Shown here in pieces: positions 11,159 through 20,905 of a stretch of DNA of 64,000 nucleotides. Numbering within the stretch: the stretch's first letter is position 1; every line of letters starts with the position of its first letter. The stretch comes from Diplonema japonicum (taxonomy: Eukaryota; Protista; Euglenozoa: Diplonemea). The stretch lies in NCBI GenBank assembly GCA_964019335.1, contig OZ025740.1, positions 124,001 to 188,000 on the forward strand, read 5' to 3'. The notes under the pieces are model-generated. The model saw only the letters and a list, made by a program, of their open reading frames with translations, made no database searches and was not told the origin of the DNA. The translations under genes were made by a program, and so were the position numbers.

Positions 11159-13299
11159 CTAGCGAGACTCCTGTGGCCTCGCGCGCATAGACGGAGTCGA
11201 AGACAACCCTTGTGGTTCTGCACTCATGGCATAATTCTCTTCCGGGGGATAATTTTGCCCCCTCGATGATCTGGGTATGTGTGTTTTTTTTTTTTTTTTT
11301 CCATACACGATATCTTTGTCCCCCGCTACTTTTCTTACGACCCTGTCCAACCTGAAGGACCCCACCGATATCATCGACGGGTTGGGAGCGGATAAATTCG
11401 TTGTAAAACTCGCTTTGCTGTAAAAAAAAATTTTTTTTTTCCCCTCTCCACATACGACCCCATGTCTGTGAAGTTCACCCCAGACTGATGCTTCAGAGGG
11501 TTCCTCGCGGAAACATGTGATATATTGGACCCCTGTCGGTAATATGTTTCACAACACGATGCAGTTGTGGTAGTCAGTTCGTCGTCAGAGGAGATTCTGG
11601 ACTCCACTTCAGCCTTACCGTCGTTTGTTTCTTGCATTCGAAACTCTACCGAGGACCGTAGCTGCTCTTCGATGTTCGGGAAAATTTTGAAAATCCCGAG
11701 GAGATCATCCTTGACCAGTTTGAAACAGGAACAAGCAGTAACCGTTCGAACGGACGCGGTTCGCTGTGTGTGCCGGAGAAGCGCGATCTCCCCGAACCAA
11801 GACCCACCCTGCAACGTTGCCACCGTGATCTCTTCTGCTTTATTGTTCGTTATAATAACTTCGACAACGCCCTGTCCTATAAAATACATCTCGTTTCCAA
11901 TCTCACCAGCGGTTATGATATTTTCATTGGGAGGGACGAGAACCTGCTGCGTGACAGCCGCCAACGCGGACAAAACCCTTTCAGGCATGTTGTGAAAAAA
12001 CGGGACCTGCGACAGAATCTTGCGTTTGATGAACAGCGTGACCTTTTCCTGCATAAACGGCGGGAGATCGTTCAAAATAACAAAGTAATCCTTCAACGAC
12101 GTCTCCAGCAACGCGGGGTAAATATTAAACGCCTCCTTCTGCACCTCCCAAGGCACGTCGTAACGGTTCATTAAAGAGTACAATTTTTCCTTCTTCTCGT
12201 GAATCTGCTGTTGGAACGCGTCAAGACGAATCACAGAGGATGCTACCTGACCGGTCATCACGGAAATAACAAGAACCGACAGCAAGATAACAGGAATTGT
12301 GAATAATTTGCTCCCACGGCCTGTGGGGACAACGTCACCATACCCGACAGAAGAAATAGTTATCGCTGCCCAGTAGTACCCTTCCAAGTACGTATCTATG
12401 TGAAGCATAGAAAAATTGTCCGGATTTCTGGACCCACCTGACAGGTCGGTCGAATATTTTTCTTCAACTACAAGGAAGAGGACGCTGATGATGTTCAGCG
12501 TCCACAGCGCCCAGAAAACTGCGAGTACTGTTGATACCCATGACGATCGTGCTTTTAACGGATTGGCTGTCTTGAAAAGACTCTTCACTCGAATCGCATG
12601 GCACATTCTCGGCAGTGCGAAGAACGGCCCCAACCGCGTTTCAACAAACATGAGATCGTACGGAAGAGAAGACAGAACGTCAAACCAAAACCACCCCGAC
12701 AAATAAGCCTTCCTCACAGTTCTGAGATCAGCGTCAATCAGCTGGTACCCATTGAGGGCGGCCGTTCTAGACGACAGAAGGATGAAGAGCGAATGAACAA
12801 CAGTGTAGACTGACTTTAAAGGCGCGGTGAATGCAAGGGGCAATGCGTCCTCCCACAGTATTGAGATGGGGACCTCGTGGGATTCGATAAGCGTGACGAT
12901 AAGAAAAAGAACATCGGTTACTATCCGGAGGGGTCGGTCTGGGAGCAGTATACCCTGGCCTGTTCGGTATCTAGGGTTAACTGTTGTGTGTCGTTCCATT
13001 CTTGCTACTTTTTGGTCGAATGGCACTGCCACGCTGGTCGTTTCGTCCTCACAGAATTTATAGCCTGATAGAGTATCGGCGTCGTTCTGCCTACCTGCAC
13101 GGCGCGATCTCCCTGTTGGTGAGGAGCACAGTCTGTTTTTGCCTTTTGAACTTGACTGGTTCGACATCGTCTGTTCTATCTTGATGATCCGGTCTACGAT
13201 GTCGTCTAGAACCACCCGTTGGTCCATCAGCATCTCCACCATCGTCTTGTTGGCCACTTCCGAGTTGAACTCGCTTCCTCTTTTGAACGAACAGTCCAT
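11159..13299 (-). CDS. Cyclic-nucleotide-gated/EAG-like K+ channel; predicted introns 11418-11455 and 11271-11306
   Basis: TM helices, pore TISSVGYGD, cNMP-binding GEIGNEMYFI..G / FGEIAL..RTASV. Removing GTATGT..ACAG (38 nt) and GTATGG..CCAG (36 nt) joins the ORF to 11159-11374 and removes the poly-K/F stretches. Confidence 0.88.
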
Positions 13300-13473
13300 C
13301 TCCCTCCCCTCCCCCCTTTTTTTCTTCTTCTTTTCCTTATTTTCTTTTTTTTTTTTTTTTCTTTTTTTAAAAAGAAATTATTTTTCTTCCCATTTACGTG
13401 TGTGTGAAGAAAGAGAGTGAGGGGGGGATTTGTGTATCTCTGTATTTTTTTTTTGTTGTTTTTGTTTTGTTTG

Positions 13474-13474
<1 letters not shown>

Positions 13475-13506
<32 letters not shown>
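13475..13506. repeat. (AAT)n microsatellite
   Basis: About 10 perfect AAT units. Confidence 0.9.
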
Positions 13507-13507
<1 letters not shown>

Positions 13508-13569
13508 GATAGCACTGGTCTCTCCCTGTGTAAACATAAATAAAGCACCCACAGGCTCTAAGGCCTCCC

Positions 13570-13869
13570 TCACGCCTGCTTCCTTCCTTTATTTCCCAAG
13601 AAAAACCGGCTGACAAAATACATTGGGACTAGCACCAGAACCCACAGCACGACGAGCTCAACAGTGTTATCAGTGAAAGTGTCCTCTTGCTCTGCTTCGT
13701 ACCTGTCTTGCATGCGCTTCTCCAGCTCCCTCCTGGATTGGATGGCCGCCGCTTCTTCGCTGTCCCACGCCCGGCCTGCTTTCTCTATGTTTTTTTCGAG
13801 CATGGCATCATCTTCCATCAGCGCCTTCGCGTACCCAAGGCCAGGGTCTGACTCTGTTGCTTCCGGCAT
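13570..13869 (-). CDS. Small tail-anchored membrane protein (99 aa)
   Basis: ATG after an A-tract, charged helical body, C-terminal hydrophobic VELVVLWVLVLVPMYFV. Confidence 0.7.
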   Translation of the reverse strand: MPEATESDPGLGYAKALMEDDAMLEKNIEKAGRAWDSEEAAAIQSRRELEKRMQDRYEAEQEDTFTDNTVELVVLWVLVLVPMYFVSRFFLGNKGRKQA

Positions 13870-13938
13870 TTTTTTTTTTTCTTCCCTTTTCTTTTGTAAA
13901 AAATAATCTTTTTTGGACAAAAAAAAAAAGTTGTCACA

Positions 13939-14700
13939 TCATATTAATGGCAGGTTTTTGAACGCAGCGTGCCCTCGTAGCCTCTTTGCCTCGCCTGGAA
14001 GGCTGCCCTTCTCTGAAAGCTCTTTGACGAATGACACAAATGGTTGTGGAACGGACTCCGACAGGAGACTCAAGTCGAGATCGGGTTTTTGAGAAGCAAG
14101 GAGCGAAATGCAACAGAGTAGGGACGGAACGGAAACCGTCTCGTTCTGCTCGCCAAGGGTGCTGAGGGTGAAGGGCTTGTCGTGGGTAACAACACACGCA
14201 TCGGGAGAAGCCGGGAGCGCGGTTAAAAGTTGGCGGACAGCAACCAGCAGTTCAGAATAAGACAGCTCGGGGAACACCGATGTGTAAAGAGCCAACGGAA
14301 CGCCTTTCGAAACCACACCAACCTTGTACTCATCCCGCACTATTATCTCTCCGGGCTTTACGATCACCCCGGTGGGAAAGCTGTCGATGCTGTAGCACGT
14401 AACAACCCCCAGTGAAGCAGACCCATGGATCATTGTGACCCAATAGTTGTTCCCCAGCAGAACCACTACAGGGTAGACAGCTTCTATACATCCAACTATG
14501 CCACCGCTGCCTAGCATTCTGTCAATACGTTCGAAACGTTTCTTTTTTATGATCCAAAGTACTATGTTTCCTACTAGCAAAGTTGCCATCCCTGTGACAG
14601 CTGCACGTGTAACCGACCTGCGTAGGTCGCCTTTGAACAGGAACAGCAGTCGGCTCAGCATGAGGATGGTGTTCACCATGCCAGCCGCTTCGAGGAGCAT
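13939..14700 (-). CDS. Hypothetical membrane protein; C-terminus resembles a kinase C-lobe end
   Basis: ATG after an A-tract, N-terminal hydrophobic segments, FVSFVKEL...EAKRLRGHAAF. No catalytic kinase motifs. Confidence 0.6.
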   Translation of the reverse strand: MLLEAAGMVNTILMLSRLLFLFKGDLRRSVTRAAVTGMATLLVGNIVLWIIKKKRFERIDRMLGSGGIVGCIEAVYPVVVLLGNNYWVTMIHGSASLGVVTCYSIDSFPTGVIVKPGEIIVRDEYKVGVVSKGVPLALYTSVFPELSYSELLVAVRQLLTALPASPDACVVTHDKPFTLSTLGEQNETVSVPSLLCCISLLASQKPDLDLSLLSESVPQPFVSFVKELSEKGSLPGEAKRLRGHAAFKNLPLI

Positions 14701-15176
14701 TTTTTTTTTTTTTTCTTTTTTTTTTCCCCCCTCGTTCCCCCCGCACACCCCTGTCGTGGTGGTTTAAGTTGCGATGTTAAGAAATGAAAAAGTAAGTATG
14801 TTGGGTTGCTTTCTTCGCTTTCTTTGTTGACGTGTCGTAGCAAGATATCGGCGTGGCATTTTTCTGGGTGGCACCAGCAGCCGAGGGTTTTGTCTTTTAA
14901 TTCGAGAAGTTTGTCCCTCATGGCTTCGTCCTTCAGCAGCTTTTCAATATGTTCGCTGTACAGTTCCAGAGACTCTTCTCTGGTGCGGGTCTTGTTGATT
15001 TTGTAAGGGTTGGCCCAGATGGAGCTGCTTTTGGGGAAGCGTTCCTTTTTCCCCTTCACTGTCACGAACACGACCCCCGCCCTACCCACGTACTCGTTGC
15101 CGTCGTGTGACATCCAGTCTTGCAGGTCGCTATATTGAGGACGGATGTTCGTAACTTTCACGTTAACTACTGACAT
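14673..15176 (-). CDS. DUF4326 domain protein (true 3' end uncertain)
   Basis: YVGR..SIWANPY..R..SLE.Y..L.ELK.KTLGCWCHPEKCHADIL. The ORF tail runs through an A-tract into the next gene. Confidence 0.85.
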   Translation of the reverse strand: MSVVNVKVTNIRPQYSDLQDWMSHDGNEYVGRAGVVFVTVKGKKERFPKSSSIWANPYKINKTRTREESLELYSEHIEKLLKDEAMRDKLLELKDKTLGCWCHPEKCHADILLRHVNKESEESNPTYLLFHFLTSQLKPPRQGCAGGTRGEKKKKKKKKCSSKRLAW

Positions 15177-15359
15177 TTTTTTTTTTTTTTTTTTTTTTTG
15201 TTGTTGTGTGTATGTCTTCTGAAAATATCTTTCATTTTGGAATTAAAAAAAAAAAAAAGCGTTGAAGGGAAAACCTAGATAAAAAAGAATTAGCTCCTGC
15301 TCAGGGGTTAGTCAAAAAAAAATGCAGAATTGCAGTTTAAAATTCAAGTATCCAAGTAT

Positions 15360-15643
15360 CCATCTAACACGGAAGGCCTTAAATAGGTTTTTATAGAATT
15401 TTACAGTCGATTTTTTTTGACTTGTTTTTTGTACCCCCTCTCGGGCACTTCAAGAACGATATTTTTGACAATGTTGTGGGGGTGGGCCCTGCTGTGGGCA
15501 CCCTCTCTCTAGAATTGGGACATCTGGAGGCATTTCCGGGGGCATATAGCCCCGGCGTTGCGCTAGAATAGTTTTTTTTTTTTGAGGTTTTGAAAATTTA
15601 CCCCCCCCTGGTGGGCAAAAATGGTCCGTTGGTAGATGGTTAA
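15360..15643. mobile_element. piggyBac-like MITE relic (related end at ~6715-6762)
   Basis: Imperfect TIR ccatctaacacgga / tccgttggtagatgg followed by TTAA. The same right end, aaaaatggtc(c/t)gttggtagatggTTAA, occurs at 6736-6762. Left TTAA is absent. Confidence 0.45.
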
Positions 15644-15668
15644 AATTCAAGTTTCCAAGTTATCCAAT

Positions 15669-17027
15669 CTAAGACTTCTTGGTAGATATTTTCAAGAGAG
15701 GCATCCCAAGCCCCGCCAGCTTGCGGACGATGCGAAACCCTTGCCTCCGAAGGGCAAGGTGGCTGACGTCCATCTTCGCAAAGTTTTTGTGGTGAAGGTA
15801 CGCGTGAAATTCCTCGGGGTCCAGCACCGCTTGTGCATGGGCAAGCACCGATGCAAAATGCGGGCGGCTGCCTCTGACCGCAAACATAAGGATTGTGTCG
15901 TTCGCATTATCCCTCATGGTGTGCACCTCAGGGCACTTCAACACCCACTTCACAACCTCACTTGACGTCAGTTTATCCTTCACGGCAAAGAAAGAAGGCG
16001 GTTTCCCACTTTTGTCCCTCGAGGTGCGCAGCGGGTAAAGGCATTCAGGTACAGGTTCCGTACAGTTCTGCAGGTAGTAATGAAGAGCATTCCGACCGTT
16101 TTTGTCTTTATCGTTGATGTTTGCACCGTTCTCTACCAAGTAGGGCACCAACTCACGGCGGTTCTGTCCAGATGCAGCATACATAAGAGGAGTGCATTGC
16201 ATCGTGTCTCGCTGTGTCAAATCGATGGGATGCGTGATGTTGGGGTTGAATATTTCATCTAAATGGTCTTTTGGGATCTTCATCTGGAGCAACACCATGA
16301 AAATAGTCGACGAGGTGTGGTTCGCGTAGCGGGACAACATGTAAGGGTCGATGAGGGAGTTCAAGTCGCACCCGTTGTGGAGGAGCATCTTGAAGGTGCG
16401 AAACGAAGCAGCATGAAGTTCATCGAAATATTTCCCTACAATTGTGCAACCCCCAGCGACAGGCCCGATGCAGTGAAATGCCTTTTCAAGCTGTTTCGGG
16501 TCCTTCACGGCTTCAAAGTACACCTCGTGGTGCTCTCGTAAACACGCTGTGAAGTTCGGGCATCCGTACAAAATCTCAGTTATACTAGAAGGTATGCAGC
16601 TGTTAAATAAACGGCCGATTTGTTCCGCTACATCGCTTCGAGAACCGTATTGGCCATTTTTCATTGAATTGAATTCGAGAAGGGTGAGGGCATGCCCGAG
16701 GAGCTCCCAGTTGCAATTGTCGATAATACCCTTAAGCAGGGTTCTAAAGGGCTGTTTTGTGAAGTCGATGCTTTTGTAGGTGGCCTTTATGCAAAGCTCA
16801 GCATGGGTCTGCGGGTTCAGCGTTAAGACGAGGACGGTCCCTTCCACAACCCCTGCCTCGTCCATTGTTTCGTGTGGGCTGAGAATATTCCCCTCATACG
16901 TTATGTCTGTGGCCTCTATGGTGTATCCTGCAGAGCGGATCAATTCCCCCACTGTCCATTGCCCGCTGGGGATTTCTACTGATATAGGGCCTTGTCCGGA
17001 GATTGCCACATATGCGGTGTATGACAT
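15669..17027 (-). CDS. Ubiquitin-like domain + ankyrin-repeat protein
   Basis: Start MSYTAY. Ub-like ITYEGNIL..ETMDEAGVVEGTVL; ankyrin units CTPLMYAA, GRNALHY, DTILMFAV. Confidence 0.85.
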   Translation of the reverse strand: MSYTAYVAISGQGPISVEIPSGQWTVGELIRSAGYTIEATDITYEGNILSPHETMDEAGVVEGTVLVLTLNPQTHAELCIKATYKSIDFTKQPFRTLLKGIIDNCNWELLGHALTLLEFNSMKNGQYGSRSDVAEQIGRLFNSCIPSSITEILYGCPNFTACLREHHEVYFEAVKDPKQLEKAFHCIGPVAGGCTIVGKYFDELHAASFRTFKMLLHNGCDLNSLIDPYMLSRYANHTSSTIFMVLLQMKIPKDHLDEIFNPNITHPIDLTQRDTMQCTPLMYAASGQNRRELVPYLVENGANINDKDKNGRNALHYYLQNCTEPVPECLYPLRTSRDKSGKPPSFFAVKDKLTSSEVVKWVLKCPEVHTMRDNANDTILMFAVRGSRPHFASVLAHAQAVLDPEEFHAYLHHKNFAKMDVSHLALRRQGFRIVRKLAGLGMPLLKISTKKS

Positions 17028-17058
17028 TGCTGTGTGCTTTTTATCATGAAAAAAAAAA

Positions 17059-17641
17059 ATATATATATATGAGTTAAAGGAAGTCTTTGTGAGACGCCCC
17101 CTTGTTCTCATCTTCTACCTGCACCTATCCCCTTTCAGCAGCGGTTTCTCCTCCTTTGGTGGTCTTGCCGGCCTTCTCCCCAGCCTGGCCGCTCTTTCTC
17201 TTCGTTCTCTCGCCCATTGTCCTTTCAACGCCTCTAGGTCATGCTTGGTCTTCGGTGATGCAAATATCGCCCTCCTGTTCCATCCGATCACCGCCTTTGT
17301 CCTCCCGATGGATCGTAGTGTGTGCACCCTTGTGCTCGGCTCAGCTGGGAAGGCCCTCCTTCCTTTCACCTTCTTCAGTACCCTCCCTAGCTCCCATGTG
17401 TGCCAGATCTTCTTCATCAGTCCATGCAATCTCCTCGCTTTCTGCTGTACTTCTGCGAGATCCCCCAGCTTCCCTCCAAGGGTCTTCCCGGTCACGTTCT
17501 CGAAATCCAGTGCCAGCTCCACCGTCGACACTGACGTGTTCCTGTTGCCTGCATACCAGCGCAGTTGCCGCATCCACCTCAGCACCTCCTTCGTGTACTC
17601 CCGTAGGACATCCCCTGCCGGTAGCTTGCCGAAGTCCTTGT
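17059..17641 (-). mobile_element. Non-LTR retrotransposon 3' fragment (~580 bp), same family as 7637-10243
   Basis: Near-identical to 7637-8221 with the same (AT)n tail. Confidence 0.92.
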
Positions 17642-17644
17642 CTG

Positions 17645-19513
17645 TAAAAAAAAGAGTCGGTTGATTGTTGTTTGTGCACAGCCGACTGGAGGCCAGTCTG
17701 TGTGTCAACCACGTCCTCGCGGGCCGAAACAAGGCACCCCCGGTAGGTACCAGAACCCCCTGACCCCTCCCGTGCCGGTCGGTCTTCCCTCCTACCAGCA
17801 TAAGAAGGCTCTCCTCCGGCCTCAGGAACACGTGGCGAATCAATAGCCTCTCCAGGTCCACATACCTCGCCGCGCAACTCCACTGTGTCGAAAGAGCTGC
17901 AGCCATCTGGCCTTCGGTAACGGAGAGGACCTGGAGTACCCGATCCTTCTTGACAGTTTTCCGGCCTGCCTCCAGCCTGCGGTCGAAGACTTCCAGACGA
18001 CCCTGAAGTGCCCTCCGGTACGCGTCCACTGGAGCGACCTGACCCATGCGCCAATACGTGATGTACTGAAGGGCCGAGGAGTTTGACAGCTGCCCTGCAG
18101 CCCGTTTTCGTTGAACCCACATGAGGAAGGCCTGATCCTCGTTGACCGATGGGTACCACCTCCTCACCTCCCCTACGAAGGATCGCCCCCTTTGCATAAC
18201 CGACGGCATTGAATCTCTCGAACGGTAGCAGTTGCCCATGATCTGCTGTGTCTGGTCGAATAAGGGCTGAATCTCTTCTTGCGTTATCGAGAAGTCGTTG
18301 AGTACAACGACCTCGTCTCCGATCTGCAGAAGGATGTATTGTCTGAATAGAAAAGGGGTTTAAAGATGGAAGGGAGGGAATCGAGGGAGGAAGGTGAGGA
18401 GGAGGAAGGTTGTTGATGATCGGGGGAGGAGCCGGGCCGGCTCCCAGGGGCAGGTTCGGTCTCTTCGCTTCAACGCTTCGTTGAGGGGCGAAAGAATCGA
18501 GGGCGTTTGGTGCTCGGCATGTCGTCCGTACTCCTCGGATCCTCCCTGATGGCCGTGACGTTCTTCATCACCTGGCAAAGCACCTCCTCGGTGTAGCTAG
18601 TCCAAGGGACAGTGTGCATCGGTCTCCGGTATCTCCCTTCCCTGATATCTGATACGAATCTCGCTCCAAATCTCGCGTCGCACGAACGGATTTGTGAAGT
18701 AGCCCTTCCATGAGATAGGGCGTTTTATATCAAGGGAATCGGGAAGGGCTTCGAAGGAGCCGACATGTTCCAAGCGTCCCTGGAAGCTTGCAGGCTGACC
18801 TCCACGGTCAGTGAGGTCTCCGCGACCTAGCAAGCTTCCGGACTGACCTCCGCGGTCAGTGGGGCCTCCGCGGCCCATTTCTTGTCCAGGCTGACCTCCG
18901 CGGTCAGCGAGGCCTCCACGGCCTAGGACCTCTTCGGGCTGACCTCCGCGGTCAGTGGGGCCTCCGCGGCCCGTTTCCTCAGTGAGGTGAACAAGCTCTC
19001 CGTGTCTCGTGCGCACGTGGGCAACACCTTGAGGACTGTTCAGGAAAGCTTCAACTGCTTCCGTCAAGGAGTTCTTGGAAGGAGTTGATCCTTCCGGAGG
19101 AACAGGGGCCTTCGGGGAGGGAGTGGGAATGATCATCTCCTCGCCGTTGATCTGAACTGCCCAAAGGCAGGGCGGACAGACCCAACTTCCGAGTTCAAGG
19201 TCGGCAGTGAAAGTCTTTCCCACCTTCTTCAGCGTAGACTAGCAGCGACAGCAGTTGTATCCTGAACTGTGGTTTTTCTCACATTCAAGGAATATGCAAC
19301 TGTCTGACGCTGGAGCCTTCTCCTCGTGGAGAGGGTCCTCCGTCGCGGTAAGCAGTTCGAGTTTTTCACCTTCAAAGGGGATGGCAACAGACATTTTTTT
19401 GTTTTTGTTTGTGCACAGCCGGGATTAACCTGTAGAAGGATAAGCCCAACAATCCACCACTACTCTTTTTAGCAATAACAATCATTATCAATATATTGTT
19501 TTTCTTGTTCATG
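17645..19513 (-). mobile_element. Truncated tyrosine-recombinase element (VIPER/TATE/DIRS-like): leader, Cys-finger ORF1 pseudogene, N-terminal YR
   Basis: ORF1 ATG at 19394 (C..C..CCRC*..WVCPPC, in-frame TAG at 19239). YR motifs AARYVD (catalytic R) and GGKTDRHGRG (K). HxxR/Y and RT are missing. Confidence 0.72.
18785..18976 (-). repeat. 48-bp (16-aa) tandem repeat x4 inside YR-element ORF1
   Basis: GRGGPTDRGGQP-type units, each containing the hairpin ctgacc-tcc(g/a)c-ggtcag. Confidence 0.85.
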
Positions 19514-19699
19514 CAAAAAAAAAAAAAAAAAAAAAAATGGGGGGAAAAAAATATGTAAGTACGGAGAAAGGGCAGGCTTGGGATTGGGAGAAAAAAAAAA
19601 AAGAAAACACAAGGAATCTCAATCCACACTTTTTTTTTTTTTTTTTTTTTTTCTTCTTATTTTTTTTTTAATCCATGAACGGATGAGATAGATAGGCCC

Positions 19700-19730
<31 letters not shown>

Positions 19731-19993
19731 GGATTCTTTTTGCAAAATTTTTTTTAACCAGCCCCGAAGCATTTTCAGCACAGGAGCGGGATCTAAAGTG
19801 GTCCCTCTGAAGTGGGTGCGGGACGGCACCTGACAAATTTACTGACACGAAAAAAAAAGAAGTCTTTGAGGGAACCTGCAGTACGTGACAGGATCGCCTA
19901 ACGACAAAAAAAAACTCGGATATTTGCCAGTCCGGTAGCAGATCATTGGGCTTGGGTTTCTTTTTTTTTTTTTTTTCCCCCTGCCGCCACGTG

Positions 19994-20264
19994 TTATTTT
20001 GTATCAGGTTCAGGTGACGTTGGTGCTACTCGGGGCCGGGGGCCTTCGGGCAACTCTTCTTCATATTTTCGCTTCTCCGTCTCCTTTTTTTTTTAATTTT
20101 TTTTTTTTTTTAGAGGATTTTTGTAATACCTCCCAGTGATACGCCGTAACCAGCCGATCGAATTCGTCAATCCCAAAATTAGGCAGGCCCTGGTGCTCTT
20201 CTTCCCGCGCTGCTTCGGCCCGCTGCCAAAAAAAAAAAAAAAAAAAAACGTGTTGTTTGGAAAG

Positions 20265-20297
<33 letters not shown>

Positions 20298-20461
20298 ATA
20301 TTTTATCATACCTGTTGTGCCTCCTGTACCTCTCTCGTCTTTTTTTCCCCCGGAACTAAGTCCATAGATCGAAGTACTCTTTTGAACCCATCTTGCCGCC
20401 AAAAAAAATACAGCCCGATGGGGACTACAAATACTACCAGAAACGCAAGCACCAGATTCAT
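19994..20461 (-). CDS. Three-exon small single-TM protein (110 aa), absent from the ORF track
   Basis: Exons 20461-20312, 20222-20130, 20083-19994, all phase 0. Introns GTATGA..GCAG and GTATTA..AAAG. Product MNLVLAFLVVFVVPIGLYFFWRQDGF...QEAQQ|RAEAAREE...YHWE|ETEKRKYEEE...PDTK*. Confidence 0.7.
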
Positions 20462-20864
20462 CTGTGGAATGGAGGGGGGAGGCCCTGCTAGAATAATATT
20501 TTAAGGCGGCAGCGCGGGCATGGGGCAACAACGGTAGGCATACGACATGACAAAAAACCCATTACCGAAAGAGAAACTGTACCTCACGGCTCAAAACCGA
20601 ACACAAGTCACTGGAATGACCATTCTGGGTACTTACAGAACGAGATGGGGGCGCTGAGGAAGAAAAAAAAAAAGAAATAGGAAAGAAAAAAAAAAAAAAA
20701 AAAAACAGAGGGGAGAGAAAGAGAGAGAGAGAGGGGGACAGAAAAAAAAAAAAAAGACACTTATAAAAAAAAATAAAAAAAAAGAAAACACACGGATAAC
20801 AAAAAAGAAGAAATAGAACGAAAAAAAAAAAAAAAAAACCTCACACTTTGCACCACGTATACTT

Positions 20865-20897
<33 letters not shown>

Positions 20898-20905
20898 CCC
20901 GTTCC

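Noticed and set aside
18597-19241. In-frame TAGs in YR ORF1 as a sign of stop-codon reassignment
   Set aside because: Intact host genes have no internal stops and end in TAA, TGA or TAG; decay is simpler.
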